Assembly: GCA_963555995.3 (NCBI GenBank)
Contig: OY821641.1
Coordinates: forward strand, 736,001-800,000
Source: Vicinamibacteria bacterium
GTDB lineage: Bacteria > Acidobacteriota > Vicinamibacteria > Marinacidobacterales > Marinacidobacteraceae
Direction of reading: 5' to 3'
Length of the DNA: 64,000 nucleotides
Each line of letters begins with the position of its first letter. Within the stretch, counting starts at the first letter, position 1. The notes under the pieces are model-generated. The model worked only from the letters and a program-made list of their open reading frames with translations, was not told the origin of the DNA and made no database searches. A program made the translations under genes and the position numbers. Of this stretch, positions 1-11,553 are shown one piece after another.

Positions 1-1
1 C

Positions 2-1135
2 GCCGCCGAGGCGGTGGGGGCGCAGTTCCTCTTCGACTACGACTTCGAGGACGCGCTCGGGACCTACCGGGAGCTGGGCGAGCGGTTCCCGGAGCATCCG
101 AGCGGGCCCTACAACGCGGCCGTCACCGTCTGGACGCGGCTCGCCCAGCGGAGCAACGCGGTCCGGGGTCCCAGCCTGCGGAACGACCGGTTCTTCTCGC
201 AGGACGGCCGCCCGGAGCCCGCGCCCGGCGAGGAGGCGGCCTTCCGCGAGCACCTGGAGGAGGCCTACCGGCGGGCGGAAGCCCTGCTCGCACGCGACCC
301 GGACCACCCGGAGGGGCTTTACCACCTCGGCGCCGCCGAGGGGCTCGAGGCCGGGTGGGCGGTGGTCGTGGACCGCGCCTGGTTCCGCGCCACCCGGCTG
401 ATCCGGCGCGCGGTGGGCCGCCACCGGCGGCTCCGGGAACGCGACCCCGGGTTCCGGGACGCCTACGTGATTCCGGGGACCTACGTGTACTCGATCGCCC
501 GGCTGCCGCGCGCGCTGCGGATGATCGCCTTCCTGTTCGGGATGCGCGGCGACCTCGAGGGCGGGCTGGCGGAGATCCGGATCACCGGGGACGAGGGGCG
601 GCGGGCGCGCTGGGGGAGCCTGTGGACCTACGAGCTGCTGATGCAGCGCGAGGGGCGGGAGGAGGAGGCGCTGGAGGCGGTCCGGCGGCTGCGGGGCCGG
701 TTCCCGAAGAACCCGGACTTCGCGCTCGACGAGATCACCGTCCTCACGGCGCTGGGGCGGTTCGAGGCGGCCGTGGGACGCGGGGAAGCGGTCCTCGCCC
801 GCCGCGAGGCCGGGTTCGGGAACTACCACCTGCTGCTGCCGGGGCTCGCCGAGGCCGGGCTCGGGGAGGCCCTCCTGTTCGGGGAGCGCTGGGCCGAGGC
901 CGAGGCCGTCCTGGACCGGGGGCTCGCGGCCGGGCCGAGCCCCGAGGTCCGGGCGAACCTGCTCCTCCGCCGCGCGAACGCCCGCGACGGCGCCGGCCGG
1001 CGGCCCGAGGCGCTCTACGACTACGGCGAGGTCATCCGGCTCGACGCGGACGACATCCTCAAGGACTGGGCGACCGCCCTCCGCCAGGCCCCCTGGCCCC
1101 ACGCGGCCCCCCCAGGCTCCCACCCAACCCGCTAA
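2..1135 (+). CDS. TPR-like helical repeat protein, 5'-truncated by the window edge; paralog of the next gene
   Basis: Frame is open from base 2. Colinear similarity to 1240..2481 (LFDYDF, SLRNDRFFSQ, RFPKNPDF, GFGNY). TPR-like helices. Confidence 0.75.
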   Translation, partial: AAEAVGAQFLFDYDFEDALGTYRELGERFPEHPSGPYNAAVTVWTRLAQRSNAVRGPSLRNDRFFSQDGRPEPAPGEEAAFREHLEEAYRRAEALLARDPDHPEGLYHLGAAEGLEAGWAVVVDRAWFRATRLIRRAVGRHRRLRERDPGFRDAYVIPGTYVYSIARLPRALRMIAFLFGMRGDLEGGLAEIRITGDEGRRARWGSLWTYELLMQREGREEEALEAVRRLRGRFPKNPDFALDEITVLTALGRFEAAVGRGEAVLARREAGFGNYHLLLPGLAEAGLGEALLFGERWAEAEAVLDRGLAAGPSPEVRANLLLRRANARDGAGRRPEALYDYGEVIRLDADDILKDWATALRQAPWPHAAPPGSHPTR

Positions 1136-1239
1136 CCCGCCCCAACTCCACCACGCACCGCCACTCCCACAAGCCGGCGGCGCCGGTGCACCCGTGGGGC
1201 GACCCGCGCGACACCACCCGTGCGACACTCCCGGCGCCC

Positions 1240-2481
1240 GTGCTCCGCCACGCCCTCCGCCTCGTCACCGCCGGCGTGCTCCTCCCGGCCGCGCTCGCGG
1301 CCGCCGCGGCCCAGCCCGCACCCGCGGAGCCGTCAGAGGAACTCGCCGCCCTCGAGACCGCCGGCTCGCAACTGCTCTTCGACTACGACTTCGACGCGGC
1401 GTTCGAGCACTACGCCGCCGTCAGCGAGCGCTTCCCCGAACACCCCACCGGCCCCTACAACCTCGCCACCACGGTCTGGAGCCGGCTGGCCCAGCGCAGC
1501 AACGGGATGCGCGGGTCGAGCCTCCGCAACGACCGCTTCTTCTCCCAGCAGGGCCGTCCGGACGCCACGCCGGCGGAGGAGGCCGCCTTCCGCGAGCACC
1601 TGGAGGAGGCGTACCGGCGGGGCCGGGCGCTCCTCGAACGCGATCCCGACCATCTGGAAGCGCTCTACTACCTCGGCGCCGCCGAGGCGCTCGAGTCCGG
1701 CTGGTCGGTGATCGTGGACCGCGCCTGGTTCCGGGCGGCGCGCGAGATCCGGCGCGGCGTGGGCCGCCACCGGCGGGTGCAGGAACTCGACCCCGGCTTC
1801 CGGGACGCCTACGCGGTCCCGGGGGCCTACGACTACGGGATCGCCACCCTGCCGCGGGCGCTCCGCTGGCTCGCGTTCCTGTTCGGGATGCGCGGCGACC
1901 GGGAGGAGGGGCTGCGCGGGGTGGAGATCACCGCGAACGAGGGCCGGCGGGCGCGCTGGGGCGGGCTGTGGACCTGGGCGCTGCTGATGCAGCGCGAGGA
2001 GCGGGAGGACGAGGCGCTCGCCGCGATCCGGCGGCTGAACGCGCGGTTCCCGAAGAACCCGGACTTCGTGCTCGACGAGGTCAGCATCCTGACCGCCCGC
2101 GGCGATTTCGAGGCCGCGCGCGAGCTCGCCGAACGCGTCCTCGAACGCCGGGAGGCGGGCTTCGGGAACTACCGGCTGGTCCTCCCCGGGCTCGTCGAGG
2201 CCCGGCTCGGCGAGGCGCTCCTGTTCGCCGAGCGCTGGCAGGAAGCCGAGGCGGTGCTCAGCCGCGGCCTCGCCGCCGAACCGAACCCCGAGGTCCGCGC
2301 GATCCTGCACTTCCGCCGGGGGAACGCCCGCGACGGCGCCGGCGCGCGCGGAACGGCCCTCACCGACTACGGCCGCGTCCTCCGCGACGACGCCGACCCG
2401 GTCCTCGGCGACTGGGCGGAGGCGCTGCGGCGCGCCCCCTGGCCGGACGCCGCCCCGGAGGGATCGCACCCGGGACGGTAG
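1240..2481 (+). CDS. Secreted TPR-like repeat protein (tandem paralog)
   Basis: GTG at 1240 gives a signal-peptide-like N-terminus (VLRHALRLVTAGVLLPAALAAAAAQ); the rest aligns with the upstream paralog. Confidence 0.8.
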   Translation: MLRHALRLVTAGVLLPAALAAAAAQPAPAEPSEELAALETAGSQLLFDYDFDAAFEHYAAVSERFPEHPTGPYNLATTVWSRLAQRSNGMRGSSLRNDRFFSQQGRPDATPAEEAAFREHLEEAYRRGRALLERDPDHLEALYYLGAAEALESGWSVIVDRAWFRAAREIRRGVGRHRRVQELDPGFRDAYAVPGAYDYGIATLPRALRWLAFLFGMRGDREEGLRGVEITANEGRRARWGGLWTWALLMQREEREDEALAAIRRLNARFPKNPDFVLDEVSILTARGDFEAARELAERVLERREAGFGNYRLVLPGLVEARLGEALLFAERWQEAEAVLSRGLAAEPNPEVRAILHFRRGNARDGAGARGTALTDYGRVLRDDADPVLGDWAEALRRAPWPDAAPEGSHPGR

Positions 2482-2495
2482 GGCTGGACGCGGAC

Positions 2496-2747
2496 CTACA
2501 ACTGCGGGATTCTGGCCCTGGCTTCTGAGAGCTTCCCGAAGAACCGGAACAGTTTCTTCACATGGAACAGCGCGATCTCCGGGTTTGTGCGGCCGTGCGC
2601 CCCTTTGGGCAGCGCCACGAACGCTCTCGGCTTGAGCGCGGGACAGTAGATGTGGATGCCGTGCTCCTTGCGCTTCATCTCCCAACCGGGGAGAAGCTCA
2701 TCCATCCACTTCGTCAGGTGGTTCCAGCGGATCTGGCCGGAACTCAC
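2496..2747 (-). CDS. HicA-like toxin (small basic dsRBD-fold RNase)
   Basis: 83 aa, basic, with pattern GWEMKRKEHGIHIY...VALPKGAH...EIALFHVKKL resembling HicA. Adjacent to a HicB-like gene; lower GC than neighbours. Confidence 0.55.
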   Translation of the reverse strand: MSSGQIRWNHLTKWMDELLPGWEMKRKEHGIHIYCPALKPRAFVALPKGAHGRTNPEIALFHVKKLFRFFGKLSEARARIPQL

Positions 2748-2765
2748 CGCCGGATCCCGCGGCGG

Positions 2766-3251
2766 TCAAGCCGCCATTTCGAGCGCTGGGGCTACCGCGA
2801 CTCTTGGCTCCGGATTCAACGCCGGCGATGACTTTGACGGCTGGAGGCGCTCGACGCTGATTTCGGCCGGAAGCGCCTCGGTTTCGCGTCTCAGGCCGGC
2901 GCCCTCGGCGGGGGTTGTTCCCGCCCGGATTGCGCCGCGGGCCTTCTCCCACTCCGCGACGCTCTCATCGTCGGTGGCCGCGATGAAGTCCGTGGCTGCC
3001 TCCTGGAACGCGTGGAACGTGTCAGCGTCCCTGGCGAGATCGAACAGGGTCGCGGCCAAACCCAGCTTGAAATCAACATAGGCGGAGTTCATGTCTTCCC
3101 CGCCTGCCGCCAATCCTCCCGGGTTGACACCGTAGATGCAGGTCGCTCCGTACTCCTCGACACAGGTGATCCGGCCCCGGATGCGGACGTCAGCCACGAA
3201 ACGACGCCCGTACACGGGAATCCGGAACTGGAAATAGAGAGGGATGCTCAT
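2766..3251 (-). CDS. HicB-like antitoxin
   Basis: ATG at 3251, 161 aa. Segment CIYGVNPGGLAAGGEDMNSAYVDFKLGL resembles the HicB partial RNase-H fold. Stop lies 18 nt before the HicA-like start. Confidence 0.55.
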   Translation of the reverse strand: MSIPLYFQFRIPVYGRRFVADVRIRGRITCVEEYGATCIYGVNPGGLAAGGEDMNSAYVDFKLGLAATLFDLARDADTFHAFQEAATDFIAATDDESVAEWEKARGAIRAGTTPAEGAGLRRETEALPAEISVERLQPSKSSPALNPEPRVAVAPALEMAA

Positions 3252-3349
3252 CGGGTCGTGGTGGCGAAGTCGCTGTTTACCGGATTCTATTCCGCGAGTC
3301 AAAGCCAAGCCTCGCAATTCCGGGCGGTCCGCATCGGCCTGACCGTTCC

Positions 3350-3355
3350 TATAAT
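3350..3355 (+). promoter_or_regulatory. -10 element (TATAAT), 7 nt before the gcvT ATG; probable leaderless transcript
   Basis: Perfect TATAAT in a high-GC context; no Shine-Dalgarno. Confidence 0.5.
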
Positions 3356-3362
3356 CGCCGGG

Positions 3363-4499
3363 ATGTCGCTCCGCCGCACCCCGCTCCACGCGCTCCACCA
3401 GGAACTCGGCGGCCGCCTCGTGCCGTTCGCCGGCTGGGAGATGCCGGTGCAGTTCGGCGGGGTGGTCTCGGAGCACCTCGCGGTGCGGCGGCAGGCGGGG
3501 CTCTTCGACGTGAGCCACATGGGCGAGCTGCGGGTCACGGGGCCGGACGCGCTGCCGCTGCTGCAGCGGCTGACCCCGAACGACGTGTCGCGGCTCGCGC
3601 CGGGCCGGGCGCAGTACTCGGCGCTCACCACCGACGCGGGCGGCTTCGTGGACGACATCATCGTCTACCGGCGCGGGGAGGAGTCCTTCCTGGTGGTCAC
3701 GAACGCCGCGAACACCGCCCGCGACCTCGCCTGGATCCGGGAGCGGGGCGGGGTCGCCGCGGAGTGCGTGGAGGACCTGAGCGACGAGACGGCGCTGCTC
3801 GCGCTCCAGGGGCCGCGCGCGCAGGCGATCCTGCAGATGCTGACCGACCTGGACCTCGCCGCGGTGCGCTACTACCGGTTCGCCGAGGGGGAGGTCGCGG
3901 GAGTCCCGGGGACCGTCGCCCGGATGGGATACACCGGGGAGGACGGCTTCGAGATCATGGTTCCGGCGGACCGGGCCGAGGGGCTCGCGCGGCGCCTCTT
4001 CGAGGCCGGGGCGCCGGAGGGGCTGGTCCCCACCGGGCTCGGGGCGCGGGACACGCTGCGGCTGGAGGCCAAGATGGCGCTCCACGGGAACGACATTGAC
4101 GAGGACCACTCCGTCGAGGAGGCGGACCTCGGGTGGATCGTGAAGCCCGACAAGGGCGACTTCATCGGCCGCGACGCGCTGGTGGCCCAGCGCGAGAACG
4201 GCGTCACCCGGAAGCTCGTCGGTTTCGAGCTGCGGGACCGGGGGGTGCCGCGCCACGGCTATCCCATCGTGGTGAACGGCGAGCCCTTCGGTGAGGTGAC
4301 GAGCGGCGGCCACGCCCCCTTCCTGAAGAAGAGCCTCGGGCTCGCCTACCTGCCGGCGGACGCCTGCGAGCCGGGCCAGGCCTTCGAGGTCGTGATCCGG
4401 GGGCGTCCCGTCCCCGCCGAAGTGGTGCCCACGCCGTTCTACGTGCGGCCCGGCAAGAAAAAGAAGAAGAAGAAACGCGCCGCGGCGTCCACCGCCTGA
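3363..4499 (+). CDS. gcvT: Glycine cleavage system T protein (aminomethyltransferase)
   Basis: RRTPLH, FAGWEMPVQF, LFDVSHMGE, GYTGEDGFE, GLGARDTLRLEA motifs. Confidence 0.97.
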   Translation: MSLRRTPLHALHQELGGRLVPFAGWEMPVQFGGVVSEHLAVRRQAGLFDVSHMGELRVTGPDALPLLQRLTPNDVSRLAPGRAQYSALTTDAGGFVDDIIVYRRGEESFLVVTNAANTARDLAWIRERGGVAAECVEDLSDETALLALQGPRAQAILQMLTDLDLAAVRYYRFAEGEVAGVPGTVARMGYTGEDGFEIMVPADRAEGLARRLFEAGAPEGLVPTGLGARDTLRLEAKMALHGNDIDEDHSVEEADLGWIVKPDKGDFIGRDALVAQRENGVTRKLVGFELRDRGVPRHGYPIVVNGEPFGEVTSGGHAPFLKKSLGLAYLPADACEPGQAFEVVIRGRPVPAEVVPTPFYVRPGKKKKKKKRAAASTA

Positions 4500-4527
4500 C
4501 CGAACCCAACCTGCCGAACCCAACCTG
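4500..4527 (+). repeat. 14-bp direct repeat CCGAACCCAACCTG x2 between gcvT and gcvH
   Basis: Seen directly. Confidence 0.6.
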
Positions 4528-4541
4528 ACCCCGGAGAACCG

Positions 4542-4931
4542 ATGATCCCCGACGATCTCTACTACAGCAAAGAGCACGAATGGCTGCGCCTCGAAGGGGA
4601 CGGCTCCGCGACGGTCGGCATCACCGACCACGCCCAGCAGGAACTCGGGGACATCGTGTACGTCGAGCTTCCCGACCCGGACACCGCGCTCGAGGCGGAC
4701 GAGGTCATGGGCAGCGTGGAGTCCGTGAAGGCGGTCTCGGAGATCTTCTGCCCGGTGGCGGGCACGGTGAGCGGGGTCAACGGCTCCCTCGAGGACGCTC
4801 CCGAGGCGGTCAACGCGGACCCCTACGGGGACGGCTGGCTGATCCGGCTGACGCTGGACGACCCGGGCTCGGTGGCGGCCACGATGCTCTCGGCGGGGGA
4901 GTACGAGAAGCACGTCGCGAGCGAGGAGTAG
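4542..4931 (+). CDS. gcvH: Glycine cleavage system H protein
   Basis: YSKEHEW, GITDHAQQELGDIVYVELP, lipoyl motif VESVKAVSE, NADPYGDGWL. Confidence 0.97.
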   Translation: MIPDDLYYSKEHEWLRLEGDGSATVGITDHAQQELGDIVYVELPDPDTALEADEVMGSVESVKAVSEIFCPVAGTVSGVNGSLEDAPEAVNADPYGDGWLIRLTLDDPGSVAATMLSAGEYEKHVASEE

Positions 4932-4937
4932 GGGCTC

Positions 4938-5178
4938 GGAGCGCCGGCCAGTTGCTGTGAGAATGCAGTCTCGCCGAGACGCCAGTGAGCGCACGTTGCG
5001 CCGCCGGCTGGGAGCGCCGGTCTTCAGACCGGCACGCGCTGCGCCAGAGCGCAGCGCACCGCACGACGCTGACCTGCGCGGTGGCGTGTTTTCGATTCAT
5101 CAAGGCGAACGGTGACACGACATCGGCGGGCCTTCGGCCCGCGGCGCCGGTCTGAAGACCGGCGCTCCCAGCCGGCGG
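4938..5178 (+). mobile_element. Composite REPIN-like element, copy 1: half-REP + ~65-bp leader + inverted REP pair (5010-5033, 5146-5169)
   Basis: GGGAGCGCCGGTCTTCAGACCGGC and its reverse complement; near-identical copy at 22402-22641. Confidence 0.85.
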
Positions 5179-5339
5179 TCCCGGCCTGTTTTCCGGTCGG
5201 TTCCGACCCCGGCGACGGTTAGAATCTCCGGTCCGACCGGGGGGAGACGTGGCGGGACGACAGCCGGCGGCCAGCCCGGCCGGTCGGAATTCCCGGCGCC
5301 GTTCCGGCACGCTGCTGACCCCGCATCTCCCGAGTTCCC

Positions 5340-8309
<2,970 letters not shown>

Positions 8310-8313
8310 CGAA

Positions 8314-9681
8314 TTGACGAAGAAACGAAGCCTGCGCGCCTGCGCCGCCCAGATCAGCCCCGTCTTCATGGACAAGAAGGCGAGCGTCGAGAAGTACGCG
8401 GAGACGATCCGCGAGGCCGGCCGGCAGGGGGTGGACCTGATCGTGACGCCGGAGACCGGGATCCCGGTCTATCCCTACTGGCGGAACAACTTCGGCTACA
8501 CCGACCCCGAGTCGGCGCGCCGCTGGAAGGAGACGGTGGTCCGCTTCTACGACGAGGCGGTGCGCATCCCGGGGCCGGAGACCGAGGAACTCGGCCGCGC
8601 CGTCCGGGCCGCCGGGCTCACCGCGGTCATCGGCCTGAACGAGCAGGACGACCGGCCGGGCTCGCGCACCCTCTACAACACGATGCTGTTCCTCGGCCCC
8701 GACGGGGAGATCATGGGCCGGCACCGGAAGCTGATGCCCACCCACCAGGAGCGGATCTTCTGGGGGCGCGGCGACGCGAGCGACCTCCGGGTCTTCGAGA
8801 CGCGGTTCGGGCGGCTCGGCGGGCTGATCTGCTTCGAGAACCACATGACGCTGCTGAAGGCGGCGATGGCGGTGAAGGGCGAGGAGGTGCACGCCGCCTG
8901 CTGGCCGGGCTACTGGGCCTACGGGGGGCCGGGGAACACGGTCCGCGACATGACGGGGACGCACTACCCGCTCCACCACTCCGACCAGGACGCCGCGGTG
9001 CGCGAGTACGCCTTCGAGACGCAGACGTTCGTGGTCTCGGCGTCGCTCTTCCTGGCCGAGGACGACGTGCCCGACGACTTCCCCTACAAGAAGACGACGA
9101 ACTGGAAGTGGGCGATGGGCGGCAGCGCCATCGCGACGCCGTTCGGGACCTACGCGGCGGAACCGTTCTTCGGCAAGGAGGGGCTGGTGATCGCCGACCT
9201 CGACCTCGCCGACCGGATCGTGGCGAAGAACGTCTTCGACTGCATGGGCCACTACACCCGCTGGGACGTGGCGCAACTGCGCCTGAGGCGCGAGGCGGTC
9301 GGTCCGGAGCCGGCGGCGGCGGAGCTGCCGGTTCCGCGGGCGGCGCGCGTCGCGGAGGTCTCGGCCGGGCCGGCCGGCCCGCGGCCCGGCGAGGCGGGGG
9401 AGCGGGAGGAAGGGCCCGTCCTGCCGAAGGCGATCATGGGCGCGGTCCCCGAGGGCCTCGCGAAGCCGCTGCTCGCCGCGCTCACCGAGAAGTTCGGCCC
9501 CGGGTCGGTCGCCGCCGCGCGCGCCGAGCTCGACAGCGACGACCTCGAGGAACTGGCCCGCTCGCACGGCCTCTCGCACGACGAGGTGGTGTCGTTCATC
9601 CACGACTTCATTGACCTGATCCGGCGGCGGAGCGAGTTCGTGGTGCCGGACCTGGTCGTCGAAGAGCCGGCAGATGCTTAG
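8314..9681 (+). CDS. Nitrilase (carbon-nitrogen hydrolase) with C-terminal extension
   Basis: Catalytic triad motifs TPET, HRKLMPT, LICFENH; FDCMGHYTRWD; ~120 extra C-terminal residues. Confidence 0.9.
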   Translation: MTKKRSLRACAAQISPVFMDKKASVEKYAETIREAGRQGVDLIVTPETGIPVYPYWRNNFGYTDPESARRWKETVVRFYDEAVRIPGPETEELGRAVRAAGLTAVIGLNEQDDRPGSRTLYNTMLFLGPDGEIMGRHRKLMPTHQERIFWGRGDASDLRVFETRFGRLGGLICFENHMTLLKAAMAVKGEEVHAACWPGYWAYGGPGNTVRDMTGTHYPLHHSDQDAAVREYAFETQTFVVSASLFLAEDDVPDDFPYKKTTNWKWAMGGSAIATPFGTYAAEPFFGKEGLVIADLDLADRIVAKNVFDCMGHYTRWDVAQLRLRREAVGPEPAAAELPVPRAARVAEVSAGPAGPRPGEAGEREEGPVLPKAIMGAVPEGLAKPLLAALTEKFGPGSVAAARAELDSDDLEELARSHGLSHDEVVSFIHDFIDLIRRRSEFVVPDLVVEEPADA

Positions 9682-9706
9682 CAGCCCCGGGGATGGCGCG
9701 TAGCCC

Positions 9707-9753
9707 GGGAGCGCCGGTCTTCAGACCGGCACCCGCTGCGCGGAGCGCAGCGG
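9707..9753 (+). repeat. Single REP (GGGAG type) + auxiliary hairpin CCGCTGCGC-GGA-GCGCAGCGG
   Basis: Exact REP core at 9707-9730. Confidence 0.85.
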
Positions 9754-9832
9754 AACCGCGCGCTGCCACCGCCCCGCACAGCCCAACGGCTCGACGCGCC
9801 GGCGTCCGGCGCTTTGTGGCATCCATTTCGTC

Positions 9833-10330
9833 ATGGCGCTCGGTCTGCTGACCGTCCACCTGGCGGGGCTCGCCTTCTTCGCCTACACCTGCTTCGGGGT
9901 GGGCGACGGGACGCTCGCGTACCACATCGGGGCCGGACTCGTCGCGGTGATGCTGGTGGTGTTCGCCCACACCATGAGCTACTTCTATCTGGTCGCCATG
10001 ACCAGCATGATGCGGAAGGCGCTGGCCGGCGAGAGCGGCCCGCCGGTGCTGGTGGATGACCCGCGCGGGCCGGAGCTGCTGGCGCGGAGCCGGCGGCTCA
10101 AGGCGAGCGCCATGCCCTGGGCGATGGGCGGCATGATCCTGCCGATGGCCGCGTTCATCCTCGGGGGCGGCGCCCACACCCGGGCCTTCCCGGCGGTCAT
10201 CCACACCGCCGCCGGCTACCTGGTGTTCGTCTTCCTGGTCCTCGCAGCGGTCACGGTCGCCCTCGCCCTCCTCCGCCAGAACCGCATCGTCGAGTCCTTT
10301 CAAGCGGCGGGGGGCACGGCGCCCGAGTAG
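9833..10330 (+). CDS. Integral membrane protein (~4 TM, His-bearing helices)
   Basis: Four hydrophobic segments; GC3-rich codon usage. Confidence 0.7.
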   Translation: MALGLLTVHLAGLAFFAYTCFGVGDGTLAYHIGAGLVAVMLVVFAHTMSYFYLVAMTSMMRKALAGESGPPVLVDDPRGPELLARSRRLKASAMPWAMGGMILPMAAFILGGGAHTRAFPAVIHTAAGYLVFVFLVLAAVTVALALLRQNRIVESFQAAGGTAPE

Positions 10331-10341
10331 GCGCGCCGGCC

Positions 10342-10582
10342 GGGAACGCCGGCCAGTTGCTGTGAGAATGCAGTCTCGCCGAGACGTAAGTGAGCGCACG
10401 TTGCGCCGCCGGCCGGGAGCGCCGGTCTTCAGACCGGCACAGCGGGCCGAAGGCCCGCGGATGTCGTGCCGGTGTTCAAGGCGATGATCCGAGAGCGGGG
10501 CGCCATCACGCGCGGAAGCGTTGTGCCGTGCGCTGCGCTGTCGCGCAGCGCGTGCCGGTCTGAAGACCGGCGCTCCCGGCCG
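10342..10582 (+). mobile_element. Composite REPIN-like element, copy 2, with inverted core (REPs 10415-10438 and 10554-10577)
   Basis: Same leader and orientation as copy 1; the inter-REP segment is a diverged reverse complement of the copy-1 core. Confidence 0.8.
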
Positions 10583-10700
10583 CCTCCGCCGTTTTCATTC
10601 GGTATCACTCTGGTTATCACATTCGCGATCCGCAATTCGCGGCCTCCGGCCGGTCCGCCCACCACGCTTGCAGGACGTGTACGATCCTTTCCGAGCGCCT

Positions 10701-11537
10701 ATGTCCCGAATCCTGATCGCCCTCGTCCTCCTCCTCGCCCCCGCGGCGGCCGCCCAGGAGATCATCCCGGCGCCCGCCGACGCCACCACCGGTCCCGACA
10801 CCGTGTTCGTCCAGGAGCTCACCTGGACGGAGGTCGCGGCGCGGGTGCGCGCCGGCACCCGCTCGGTGATCGTGCCGACCGGCGGCACCGAGCAGAACGG
10901 GCCGCACATGGTGCTCGGGAAGCACAACTTCATCATCCGGGAGGCCTCCGAGCGGATCGCGCGCGAACTCGGGAACACGCTGGTGGCCCCGGTGGTCGCC
11001 TACGTGCCCGAGGGCGGCATTGACCCCCCGACCGGCCACATGCGCTACGCGGGCGCGATCACCCTCCCCCAGGAGCACTTCGAGGCGCTCCTCGAATACA
11101 CGGCGCGCGGCTTCGCGCTCCACGGGTTCGAGAACGTGATCTTCATCGGCGACAGCGGCGGCAACCAGCGGGGCATGGCGGCGGTCGCCGAGAGGCTGAA
11201 CGGGGAGTGGGAGGCTGCGGGGAGCGCTTCGCGGGTGCTCTACGTCCCCGAGTACTACCGCGGGAACGGCTTCCGCGACTGGCTGCTGGAACAGGGGATC
11301 CCCGAGGACGCCATCGGACGCCACGCCGGGGTGACGGACACCTCGCAGCTCTGGTACGTCGCCCCCGAACAGATCCGGCCGGACAAGCGGGTCCGGGACG
11401 GCGGCTTCGAGGGCAGCGGCGTGAGCGGCGACCCCACGCTCGCCTCCCGCGAACTCGGCGCGAAGGGAATCGAACTCAAGGTCGAGACGACCGTCAGGCG
11501 GGTGCGCGAGATGCTCGCCGCGCGTTCCGGCGGATAG
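10701..11537 (+). CDS. Creatininase-family amidohydrolase with signal peptide
   Basis: ELTWTEV, PTGGTEQNGPH, GDSGGN, HAGVTDTS; N-terminal signal peptide. Confidence 0.85.
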   Translation: MSRILIALVLLLAPAAAAQEIIPAPADATTGPDTVFVQELTWTEVAARVRAGTRSVIVPTGGTEQNGPHMVLGKHNFIIREASERIARELGNTLVAPVVAYVPEGGIDPPTGHMRYAGAITLPQEHFEALLEYTARGFALHGFENVIFIGDSGGNQRGMAAVAERLNGEWEAAGSASRVLYVPEYYRGNGFRDWLLEQGIPEDAIGRHAGVTDTSQLWYVAPEQIRPDKRVRDGGFEGSGVSGDPTLASRELGAKGIELKVETTVRRVREMLAARSGG

Positions 11538-11553
11538 CCCGCCCGGCGCTCCC

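Noticed and set aside
3252-3362. Glycine riboswitch upstream of gcvT or gcvP
   Set aside because: No aptamer motifs seen; TATAAT sits directly before the gcvT ATG, and the gcvH-gcvP gap is occupied by a REP element.
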